DNA from: Eledone cirrhosa
Lineage: Eukaryota
Assembly (NCBI GenBank): GCA_964016885.1
Contig: OZ024740.1
Coordinates: 113,770,001-113,834,000 of the forward strand
DNA: 64,000 bases
Direction: 5' to 3'
The translations under genes were made by a program, and so were the position numbers. Shown piece after piece: positions 29,295 through 41,093 of this stretch; position 1 is the first letter of the stretch, and each line of letters starts with the position of its first letter. Below the pieces are notes generated by a model. The model did no database searches. It was not told the DNA's origin and worked only from the letters and a program-made list of their open reading frames with translations.

Positions 29295-29598
29295 ATTGAT
29301 CATAATATCAGGACTATAATTTATTATTTGTTCATATATTATATTAAGTAATTATATTAGTTCTACCCTTTAGGGAAAACCGAACTCTAATTATGATTAT
29401 ATTATTATACTTTATAAATATATTTGTACAAACTATATATAGAGATATACTAAGTATTAATGAGACGGTATACATTTAATAAATATTTTGTTAATATTTG
29501 AATTAATATTAATAACTCTGGAAAATATCCACTGTAGAGTGCTTCCAATCTACTGTAAAACTCATTCTTTGATGTACTCACTGAATCTTGTTTAACTC

Positions 29599-29666
<68 letters not shown>

Positions 29667-29764
29667 TATAAGTTAGAAATGGCCGACACCTAACAAAGTT
29701 ACCAAAGCTGTATCTATCTGTATGTATCTATCAAACTATATACCCATATATATATATATATAGA

Positions 29765-29871
29765 GAGAGAAATGTGTATGCTCCAAATATCGAGTTGTAC
29801 GTCGGCATATACTGTATATATATATATATGCCGGCGTACAACTCGATATTTGGAGCATACAAATTTCTCTC
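29765..29871. repeat. Hairpin with TA-rich loop
   Basis: gagagaaatgtgtatgctccaaatatcgagttgtacgtcggcatata / tatatgccggcgtacaactcgatatttggagcatacaaatttctctc. Confidence 0.9.
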
Positions 29872-30568
29872 CAAAACCAGTGGTCGTCTTGTCTACCGCA
29901 TATAAAATGTAACCTTTACCACTGAGGGGTAAACAGTAAAACTGTATGTCTAACACTCGTTCTACACCACTTATAGCTCTAGCAGCCCACCACAATTATT
30001 TGCTAATGAATCTCATTTGATAAGTCCATTTAACGTAGAGATTACAATAATATCAATCACATGCCGTAGCTCATAGGGTAGATTACCGTAGTTTCGTTAA
30101 TGTTTACTGAGAGATTTAGAACTTACTTGCGAGTGAAATGTTTTGGAAGAAGTGCCTTTAGCACGCCACTAAAGATTTTGAATGATTTCCCCTGAAACTG
30201 CTTTGTTTTTGTGGTAGCACAACATGTAAGCACTCTCTGTTTTTTAATTATCATAACATTCCTTGTAATGTGTGTACTGACATGATTTCTTCTATGCTAA
30301 TAAAAGGTTGCAAGAGTAATATTTTGATGTAATGCATTATGTACTGCACGTATCTCTTAGTATTGAAAAACAAACAAAAATACACAAAAACAAAATATCA
30401 CAAATGTGTGGCAAGCACCTCTAGGGCTGGGGAGATGGTACTGCCAAATCCTTTTTTGGGGTGGAGCGTATTATCTGGTGAATATAAGTCTAAAGCTGAA
30501 ATAAACCACAGAATTTTAGGGATTGACCTATGTGCCAGATCGGCATTTCCGCCGGCATATATATAATA

Positions 30569-31689
30569 TCTATATATATAAAACAGAGGATTTCTGTCTG
30601 TCAGTCTGTGTAAATCCCTAAAATTCGAGAAGTACCAGACCGATTTTTTTAAAATTTTACACGCGTTGCTTATATTTCTTGAAATGCAATGGGCCCAAAA
30701 AATTAACTTTTTCCGTCCTGGCGCTCACATTAGGCGAAAACCCGTTTTTTTAGGCAATGTTATGCCATTTTGAGGCGTAATTTAAAGATCGTCCAGCCCC
30801 TCGCATTGCTGTGGACAAAAATAAATTCCGATTCCATTAATGGTTTCTAGGAAATTTACGAATTAGCATTGGGCATTACATGTCATTTTCATTTTCAATA
30901 TAAACGCTACTTAAACATCGTAAGTAGCGTATATGTTTCGTTGAAAATTTGGTTTATTTAACAGAGGACCAACACATACTTATTTTTAAGCAAGACCATT
31001 TTCTGGGGATTGAGGAAATGAGGAGGACCTTAACATTTTTGTCGGTGCTCTGTTGACACTTTGTGCTTCCATCACGCGCAAATCCGGACCTTGTGTACGT
31101 TGCCGTGTTATTGACACCGTGAAACTCATATCTGTGCTACTTCTACTAAGACCCTTTTTGTTGCACCGACACCTCAGTATGAACGCCCTGCGCAAGTACG
31201 CAGAACAGCGGTTGCACTAATTTCGCAGTGACCCCTTTTGTCGCACCTTTGTTGCTGAGTAAACGCAGTGCAAACAGCCGCCCAGCGTTTGTGCTAATTG
31301 CACTATGACCCACTTCTGCTGCACCTCCGTTGCCACGCTGATTTCCTCATCTGAATATCCCTACTTAAACGTACATCCCTACTTGGGTTTCACATAATTG
31401 ACTACGTCGCTCCTTCAGGATTGATGTGTTTCCCATCCGTGGCGTAATTCGTGAACAGATTTACGACATACATCGCCCCACAAAACTTACTTACTCCTTT
31501 CGCAAACAGTATTTCCGCAATCAGCCCACTGACACCGCTCCTATTGGATTCGGCCTGCTGGAGTTCTACGTTTCCAGTAGATGAACAATCATTCCCTGAG
31601 AATAAGGGAATTTAAAAAGTGCACAGCTGCATTCCTCAATCTTTCCATATGCGTGTTGCTACCCGTGCAACGCCGGGTCCTGCTGCAAG
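30569..31689 (+). mobile_element. Non-autonomous Helitron (~1.1 kb)
   Basis: 5' A|TCtatatatataaaa followed by ctgtctgtc; 3' GC-rich hairpin acccgtgcaacgccgggt then gcaag|T (variant of CTAG); no TSD. Confidence 0.7.
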
Positions 31690-32815
31690 TATAATATATA
31701 TATATATGTGTGTGTGTATGTGTGTGCATGTGTGTGTATATATATTATATAATATAAATATATATATATTTATATATATATAACGAAGGCATTTTGTATG
31801 CTTAACGATATCCGGTATGTTTACCAATAAACATTTGGAAAGCCATTTAACTACGAATATTGGAAGCTAACTGATACCGCCATCTAACGAATTCCAACAT
31901 AAGCAGTAGAGATAACTATTGACGATCGTTTATGGGTTATGTCCGTTATTAAGAATGTGCTTACACTACACTGCTCTCTGTTGGAATCCCGTATATGGTG
32001 TTAGCCGTCAGCTTAGAATATTCATAGCTAAAATGCTTCAAATAGTATTCGTAAACATACCCGGTATCATATATATATATATATAGAAAGATTTGAATGG
32101 ATACAGTTTAGTTGAAAGGAATTTATTGACACGTGTTTCTATAACAGTTACATAACCTAAAACAGCTGCTATCTACAAACTTTTAGTTATGCAGACATTC
32201 AATATTTCAATGTTATTATTTACTGTCATTTCATCAGAATAATATTACTGAGGACCTATTTAGTTTTTATAGAGAATATTAGGAAGGAGGGGTGAAGTTG
32301 TTAGAAGAATAGTTGAAGGAGTGGTTTTTCGATAGCAGTGATAATTCTTGGTGGCAGTGTGTAATTAGATTCCCATCTGTTGTTTTGACATTTTTTATAG
32401 AATATATTATTGGTTATTTTTCTAAATCAATAGAAGGATTAGAGATAGTAAAGATATGCGTGGTTGGTTTTGTGTTTGCACTTAATTAACATTCAGACTT
32501 AAATTTTTCTTTCAAGTGTACGTATCCTTTCACCCACGCATTCACACACAAATATATTTGCACACCTCTACAAAATACATATACTCACAATTTACATATT
32601 CATACTTACATATATATACACATGCATACACACATATATACACACATGTATTCATGTACATACAATGTGTATACATTTTCATACTCAACTTATCTTTATA
32701 TACACATGTATAGACACACACATATATAGATACTTACTCTAGGCCATGTGTACACACATACACATACATACACATCCATATACACATATATACATTCATA
32801 TACATATACATATAC

Positions 32816-32870
<55 letters not shown>

Positions 32871-33167
32871 TATACATATATATATACACATATATATAAG
32901 CACTTTAATACATGAATACACTTACATCTAACTATACACATCAAACATATATATATATTTACTTATTTATATACATTTTCACATATATATACATACTTAT
33001 GGACGTTTTTAGACACATTCATTATCGCATATTTGCACCTATTCTCATCAGCATATCTTTCCATTATTAGTGTGGTAATTTAAGGTTATTAATATATGTT
33101 GAGAAGAGATTGTTTTTATATTTTTCTAACTAGATTAAGGTTTATATAGTTGGGGGATGTCCCTCTT

Positions 33168-33359
33168 TTATGTAATATTCGGCTTGTAGTGGGAAAAAAG
33201 GGTTTTAGTTCTGTGACGGCAGAATAATGTTCGTTCAATTCTGTTATTCAGCAGTTTCTTCTTGTGTGTGATTATGTAATAAATCTCAAGATTACACAAT
33301 TTGCAGAAATTTTGGCTCCTGGAAAAGCTTTGGGTTTTAGCTAATTTCTCCCATTTTAG
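33168..33359 (-). pseudogene. C-terminal end of a PLE GIY-YIG endonuclease ORF (absent from the ORF track: no start codon)
   Basis: Translates as LKWEKLAKTQSFSRSQNFCKLCNLEIYYIITHKKKLLNNRIERTLFCRHRTKTLFSHYKPNIT*, matching the KW...CxLCxxE...LLNxRxE...CRH terminus of invertebrate PLE ORFs. Confidence 0.75.
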
Positions 33360-33553
33360 GGTAAACTTTTGATCGCTGGGAGAAATTAGCTAAAACCCAA
33401 AGCTTTTCCAGGAGCCAAAATTTCTGCAAATTGTGTAATCTTGAGATTTATTACATAATCACATCGAAAAACCACTCCTTCAACTATTCTTCTAACAACT
33501 TCACCCCTCCCTTCTAATATTCTCTATAAAAACTAAATAGGTCCTCAGTAATA

Positions 33554-33673
33554 TTATTCTGATGAAATGACAGTAAATAATAACATTGAAATATTGAATG
33601 TCTGCATGACTAAAAGTTTGTAGATAGCAGCTGTTTTAGGTTATGTAACTGTTATAGAAACACGTGTCAATAA
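33554..33673 (+). ncRNA. Type-I hammerhead motif (mirror copy at 32123-32242, - strand)
   Basis: TTATT-CTGATGA-aATGACAGT...ACTGTTATa-GAAA-CACGTG-TC-AATAA; palindromic stem III, GUC triplet. Confidence 0.8.
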
Positions 33674-33820
33674 ATTCCTTTCAACTAAACTGTATCCATT
33701 CAAATCTTTCTATTTTTCTCCGGATTACTTTTGGAACTACAACTGGAACCGTCGAGCAAACTCTACGTGAGCTGATAATCTACTGTGTGTAATATTTATA
33801 TTACAACACAACGGAAAATA

Positions 33821-33863
<43 letters not shown>

Positions 33864-33872
33864 CATACATAC

Positions 33873-33974
<102 letters not shown>

Positions 33975-35091
33975 CGAAGGAAATGTGGTAAGGAACCAGG
34001 TGGACCATAACGCACCAAAGTACTCAATACTTGAGGTAGTAGAGTGGGTAATAGGAACCAGTAAGACCCCGACAGCTGAGCTCAAGCCGTTTCGACGGCT
34101 AATTCTGGACTCATACATATATATATATATATATGTATGTATGTATGTACATTATATATATATATATATTTATATCGTATATATATATATATATGTATGT
34201 ATGTATGTACATTATATATATATATTTATATCGTATATGTGTGTGTGTAGGGGGGAGTATGTTTCATGTATGTATGCATATATTGCCTCTATATATTTGA
34301 TTGATTATCCATTATTAATATTTGTCAGTTTGAGTTCTATAAATAATTGATTGATTTTTTTTTTATTCGCTATTTCCAAACAGTCCAGGAAATAATTTTT
34401 TTTTTCATCCTTTCCATTCCTATGATACTTAAATATCCGTTTTCAAATTGAAGTATAATTTTGTTTGTTTAGGATTTGTTTTCTTGTATTTAGTTTACTA
34501 CCGAAATTGATATGAATAATATCTGGTCAAAACTATATAATGAATGAGTACAATAAATTGAGGTCAATAACGGAAAGGCGTAGCTATATGGATAAAACAT
34601 TCGCTTTCCAATGACGTAGTTTCGAAATAAATGCGACTACTCAGCACCCTGCGAGAAGAAAGGATATTCTACCATTGTCTTAGATTGATCAAAGCTTTGT
34701 AAATGAAATCTAATAGACAGAAACTGTATTGAATTCGGTCTGATGTATGGACACGATGAGAAATAACGGAAGGAGTAACTTCATATCATTTTATCAGTAA
34801 GAACAAAGACACGTTCGCTTGATAAAATAGTTATTAGATACACTGTTAATAGAAAAAATGAAAAATGACATGTCAATATATCGGTTGTTTCCGATAAGGA
34901 ATAGAGGAAGGACAAAAATGAGATTCACAGAAAGGTGATGAATACCAGGGAACATGTAGAATGGGGTCGTAACAATTACATAATTGATACCATAGAAAGG
35001 TGTATACCTGCAAATATATAATTGATCAAATGATGTAAAATTTCAGTATACAGTCTTATTCGTCATCATTATACTTGTTATTATAGTTACA

Positions 35092-35222
35092 TCCCTTTAC
35101 GATCTGAGTTCAAATCCCGCCGAGGTTGACTTTGCCTTTCATCCTTACGGGGTCGATAAAATAAAGTACCAGTAATGCACTGGATAATTGCTGGCCTTGT
35201 GCCTAAAGTAGAAACAATTATA
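35092..35222 (+). mobile_element. SINE copy
   Basis: ctgagttcaaatcccgccgaggttgactttgcctttcatccttacggggtcgataaaataaagtaccag... Confidence 0.85.
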
Positions 35223-35375
35223 CTTGTTATTATATTTATTATATATTCATATAATCTTAAATCGAAGAATAATGTACACAATTAGAATAATAGAAATACG
35301 TTTGCCTTTCCTCACTAGAGAGATTTAAACAGCATATAGAAGAGCATACACAAAGATTTAAAAGGTACTCTCGAT

Positions 35376-35640
35376 AGGTTCACGTCAGTATCGAAGTGTA
35401 GAACTAGATAGAGTGTAATATAATACAAGGACGAATGTTTACTCCTTCATTACGATCTGGCCCGACTCTGGAATCAAAAGCTCGACGAGCTTTTGATTCC
35501 AGAGTCGGGCCAGATCGATACGGATCAAGCCTTGAGTTGATCAGTAGCGAAATGCGCGTCACCAACTAATAAACGTAATTATCGTCCTTGTATTATATTA
35601 CACTCTATCTAGTTCTACACTTCGATACTGACGTGAACCT
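35376..35640. repeat. Nested inverted repeats (outer 35376-35434 / 35582-35640; inner palindrome 35454-35518) with a truncated HHR
   Basis: Direct reverse-complement matches; related sequence also lies at 4245-4335. Confidence 0.85.
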
Positions 35641-35705
35641 AAACATCGCGTGCTCACCTGGGTGAACCTACAGTAACTTCACATTACACTCCCTGAATAT
35701 ATATT

Positions 35706-36565
35706 CACTCTCTGCTACTCCCTCTCCATCACTTCCTCCCGTTTGACTTGTGCGAAATCCTTTTCTCGCTCACATTTCAACCAGGTTGGATGATCTTTAT
35801 CTCTCGTCTACGATTTCACAGAACTTATGTTCATCGATTTCAAGGACTTGACTCCTTCCTCCTCACTTTTCGTTGCATTACCATCTTTGTTTGTTTACTG
35901 TCTCGCTCGTTCCCCCTATTTACGTGTCCCAACGACTTTCTTTAACCGTTGCTCGCACCAACCAGAGGTATATGATCTTTAAAGCGATGAAATACAAATG
36001 AAGGCTGGAAGATCACTGATGAAGGACTAATTTTGTTCATATGTAACCCATTTGCAACCACGCAGCACGCCATTTTTTCAAATATTTATATATTTTCCTC
36101 CGCTGTGGCCCGTCTGTTTCTTTCTTACCGCTTCCCCTTTCTCTGTATCTCTCACTTTCTTTTTACCCCCTCTGCCAGTCACTCTCTCAGTAAGCCTCTT
36201 CCTCACGCTTTCACTCCCTCACTCTCTGCTACTCCCTCTCCATCACTTCCTCCCGTTTGACCTGTGCGAAGCTCGCTCACATTTCAACCAGGTTGGATGG
36301 TCTTTATTTCTCCTCTACGATTCCACAGAACTGATGTTCATCGATTTCAGGGACTTGACTCCTTCTTTCTCACTTTTCATTGCATTACCATCTTTGTTTG
36401 ATTACTGTCTCGCTCGTTCCCCCTATTTACGTGTCCCAGCGACTTTCTTTCGCACCAAACAGAGGTATATGATCTTTAAAGCGATGAAATACCAATGAAG
36501 GCTGGAAGATCACTGATGAAAGACTAATTTTATTCATATGTAACCCATTTGCAAACACGCCATTT

Positions 36566-36570
<5 letters not shown>
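35706..36570 (+). repeat. Partial tandem repeat (~515-bp period), related to 19290-19795
   Basis: cactctctgctactccctctccatcac...gatcactgatgaa..actaatttt..ccattttttca occurs at ~35706-36080 and ~36220-36570. Confidence 0.85.
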
Positions 36571-36600
<30 letters not shown>

Positions 36601-36896
36601 ATGTAGAAAGGTAACACGAATTGATATATATATATAAAACAAATAGTAGAAAAGAAAAGGATTTTTTCAGTAGAAAATGCTGAAGTGATTCTTTCAGTGT
36701 AATATCAAAACCTTTATTTATTTATAAAGAGGATACGGGTTTTATCATTATATGCATTATATGCATTGTCAACTGCGGATATGTTTAAGTTCCATATTTA
36801 TATAAATAATAATAATAAAAAGGGGGAGAAAAATTTATTAATTTTTACATATGTTAGTTTGCCAACTAACAGAGAAAGAAGGAGACAAATTTATAT

Positions 36897-37069
<173 letters not shown>

Positions 37070-37770
37070 GTGTATGTGTGCTTCTATGCCTGGTCGTAAA
37101 ACATTGTACCACGTTTCTTTCTTTTAGTGTATTTTCTGCACAAATTCAGGAGTTTTTTATTCTTGATTTCGTATTTACATTGAAAATAATTTGTTGTTGA
37201 TATTTACAAAACAGTATTGAAAAGAAAATATTTAATAAAAATATTAAATAGAACTAATTCTAGAGGTATTATTACGAGTTGTCTCGCAATTAATGCATAT
37301 ATAACGAAATCGCTGGTGTGTTAAATTTTCTGTTTCCTATAATATATTTACTAGAGATGAGGCTGTTAATCGTTATGTAAAAAAAGAAAACTTATTTAAA
37401 GAGAACATTAGAAAACGTGAGAATACTTTATTGAACCAATTAGAAGAATTATATTTAAAGCGGCTGAAACACTCTTATAGATATCTGTAGAATGTTAAGC
37501 AAGCAGCACATTGTAAAATCTCCTGTATTTGCTTTATCAGACATTGAAACCTCCAACGTTTAGATAGAAGATAAACGACAGTCAAACTCATCATCTCTAT
37601 TTGCCTCTGCCCAGTTAATAAGGTATTTGGCAGAGAGGAAGGAATTTTGAGGGGAGGGAAACCGACTAAATCGACCCAATATTTAACTGGTAGTTTATTA
37701 TGTCGGCAGCGGAAAGATGATTGGAAACTTCCACAAGATTTGAATGGAAAATAACGATAACATTTATTTA

Positions 37771-37869
<99 letters not shown>

Positions 37870-38049
37870 ACACACACACACACACACAAATATATATATA
37901 TATATATCTCATCAGAACATATTAATGTTTAAGCAAAGAATCACTGCTTTTACACACACACACACACATATATATATTTATATATATATATTACTCTATT
38001 ACTCTATTATGTGTTCCAGCTGACAGGCAGAAAACATGCTGGGGCAGCA

Positions 38050-38085
<36 letters not shown>

Positions 38086-39339
38086 TGGTGACCCAGCATG
38101 TTTCATTAATATGACAATATCGCAATCAGAGGATCATAAATATATATATGTTTAACTTGACGATTCCAATTACATGCGTCAATGTGATTTTGAAATGTAA
38201 ACTTGGGGGTTTGTTACGTAATTTAATTTTTGTGTGTGAGGACCACCAAAACCTAAACCAAGTTCTGAATATGGCCCTGCGTTTACGCCTATCTCTCTGT
38301 ACACATACCTTAAAAGTATCTCTCATTTCTTTCAACGATTATTACGCAAACATATTCAGCGTTGTTTATATACTCTTACATATAACTCTCTACATACAAA
38401 TTGAGTCACATATTTATAGCCTTGGTAAATATATATAAATGTGTGTGTGTGTGTGTATGTGTGTGTGTATGTGTGTGTGTGTGTGTGTGCGCGCGTGTGA
38501 ATATATATGTGTGTATGTTTGGTGTATGTCTCTTTGTGTATGCATGTGTGTGAGAGTATTTTCTTAAGTCTAGTAGTTTATTTATCCGTCATTGTCTTTC
38601 GATATTCTCTTTGTCTTCGTCTTTTGTTTTATTTCTATCGATTTCCTATTTTATCATTCTTCCATTCTATTCTGTTCTATGACATAAAGAGAGAGAGAAG
38701 GGGGAGGGAGCTTCTTTTTCAGTTGGACAAACGTGAATTGTTGCTATTTTTATCGCCATCTTAACTTCGTCGCTCCCCGTTCATTTTCCATCGTTTTTCT
38801 TCTTTTTCTACTATTTGTTATTTCGTTCTTATAATATAGTTTGTGTTTTCTAATTTCTTTCATATTTTGTTACGACCTCTTCTAAGATGTTTCTTTCCTC
38901 TTCTCTCTTTCACTTTACTTATTTGTTCTTCTTTCCACTTACTCTCACTCTTTCTGTTATATGTTGTTAGTTCTAACATAAACTTCATCGTTTCTCTCCA
39001 TCATTTATTAAGTATTCTTTCAGTATGTGTTTATTATTTTCTTCTTTTTCTTTGATAGAACGAAGCTACGCGGTTAGAGTGTTTGACTGACGATCGAAAG
39101 GCTGTGAGTTCGATCTTCTGTTAAGCGTTTTGTCTCTGGAATTTTCACCTATTTGTTCGGTAATTTCACTAGCGATCTCACCCGCTGACCAAACAACACG
39201 AACAGTTCTCAATGGAACCCCTGTTGGTTCAAAACTGTCTTCATTTTACTCTTTTCTATAATAATTCGCTATGAAATATTGTCTCGCCATCTTCCAATCA
39301 CCCCTACCCACTCTCTTTATATATATATATTAATGGAAA

Positions 39340-39912
39340 AAATTAAATTTCATTTCTCACTCTTAGTACGGCTGATACTTCAATATAAGTATGTATATGT
39401 ACATACATATATGTATACAGACGTACAGTAGTATGTATATACATACATACATGCACACATATGTACATATGAGTTTGCCGAACATTTATTATAATGTTCG
39501 GTTTGTTTGTAAACAAACAGCCCGAATTAAGCCGTACAGTGTTCGGCAACCATCGTTGACCTTTTGTTCAACACTGACAAAGGACCGATGAACTAGTTTC
39601 TAGCTTATTAGCTGTCATCAGCATCGTATACCTTCCTGTCAGTCGATCGAACGTTTGAAAGTATATATTTTCCTTATGCATATTATCGGCTGAGCAGCGT
39701 AATTTGCATATCGAGTGAGTTAGTCGGCAAGGCGTACCGAAAACGATAAATGGAAAAATGGAATTTCATTTCTCACTCCTAGTACGGCTGATACTTAAAT
39801 ATAAGTATGTATACGTACATACATATATGTATACAGAGGTAGAGTAGTATGTATATAAATACATAGATGCACACACGATTTCATAGAAAAATCATTGCAA
39901 AACAAATATATT

Positions 39913-39943
<31 letters not shown>

Positions 39944-39944
39944 C

Positions 39945-39978
<34 letters not shown>

Positions 39979-40503
39979 CATACATACAAACATACATGCA
40001 CACACATTTATATATGTACGTATTGGTTTACCGAACATTTATTATAATGTTCGGTTTGTTTGTAAACAAACAACCCGAATTAAGCCGTACAGTGTTCGGC
40101 AACCTTCGTTGCCCTTTTGTTGAACACGGACAAAGGAACGATGAACTAGTTTCTAGCTTATTAGCTGTCATCGCCACCGTATACCTTCCTGTCAGTCGAT
40201 CGAACGTTTGAACTAGTTTCTAGGAACGATGAACTAGATTCTAGCTTATTAGCTGTCATCAGCATATGTATGTATATACATACTACTGTACGTCTGTATA
40301 CATATATGTATGTACGTATACATACTTATATTTAAGTATCAGCCGCACTAAGAGTGAGAAATGAAATTTAATTTTTTCCATTTATCGTTTTCGGTACACC
40401 CGTTCGACTAACTCACTCGATATGCAAATTAGGCTGCTTAGCCGTTAATAAGCATAAGGAAAGTATATACTTTCAAACGTTCGATCGACAGACAGGAAGG
40501 TAT
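39340..40503. repeat. Tandem plus inverted array of a ~420-bp HHR-bearing unit (family recurs at 55745-56500)
   Basis: Repeated atttctcactc(t/c)tagtacggctgatact..ccgaacatttattataatgttcgg..cgatgaactagtttctagcttattagctgtcatcagc; orientation inverts after ~40264. Confidence 0.85.
39586..39626 (-). ncRNA. Very small (41-nt) type-I hammerhead motif; further copies at 40139-40180 (-), 40227-40265 (-), 55842-55882 (+)
   Basis: CGATG-CTGATGA-cAGCT-aata-AGCTa-GAAA-CTAG-TT-CATCG. Confidence 0.75.
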
Positions 40504-41093
40504 CGTGTGTCGAAACAAATATGGTTATATATACTTGGGGAGGGTCATTAGATGTCGCTTTACCTACAGAGTTTACAAAGGACCATACACTAAACATCTA
40601 TGGTAACACTATAACCAGTGTAGAAGAGGAACAAATTCTACAACTGCCACCAAAATTGAAAAGTCCTTCTCGAAAATACGTTTTAACGCGAATATAAATA
40701 ACAACAATACGAACAACAATAATAATAATAACGCAAGTAGTAATATAAACAATAACACTGAGTATAGAAACAGCAGCTATAATAATAATAGTCATAACAG
40801 TAACAATAGCAGGAGGGATGAAAATAATAATAATAATAATGATTTCTTTATTAACCACAAGGGTTTACATAAAGTAGACATTAAGGACAGTGCAGGACAA
40901 TACAGGACGGTACAAGTGGGCATTTCTACGTGTAAAAAACAAAAACAGAGGATGTAACAAAAAAATAACAATGAAAAATTCCCCAATAGCGGGGGGAGAC
41001 TTCGGAGGGACATTTGTGGAGAAAGCCCAGTAAAAGGCCACAATGACCCTGACCACCAAGGCAAGTACCCTCTCCGAGTTTTCCACCTTTAAT

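Larger units (their letters stand above)
32083..33713. mobile_element. 5'-truncated PLE insertion with inverted pseudo-LTRs (arms 32083-32333 / 33463-33713) and an inner foldback 33267-33463
   Basis: 250-bp near-identical inverted arms, each containing an HHR, with a PLE C-terminal ORF remnant inside and TA arrays nearby. Confidence 0.8.

Noticed and set aside
35100-35125. gagttcaaatccc tRNA-like T-arm
   Set aside because: Part of a SINE; no cloverleaf structure.
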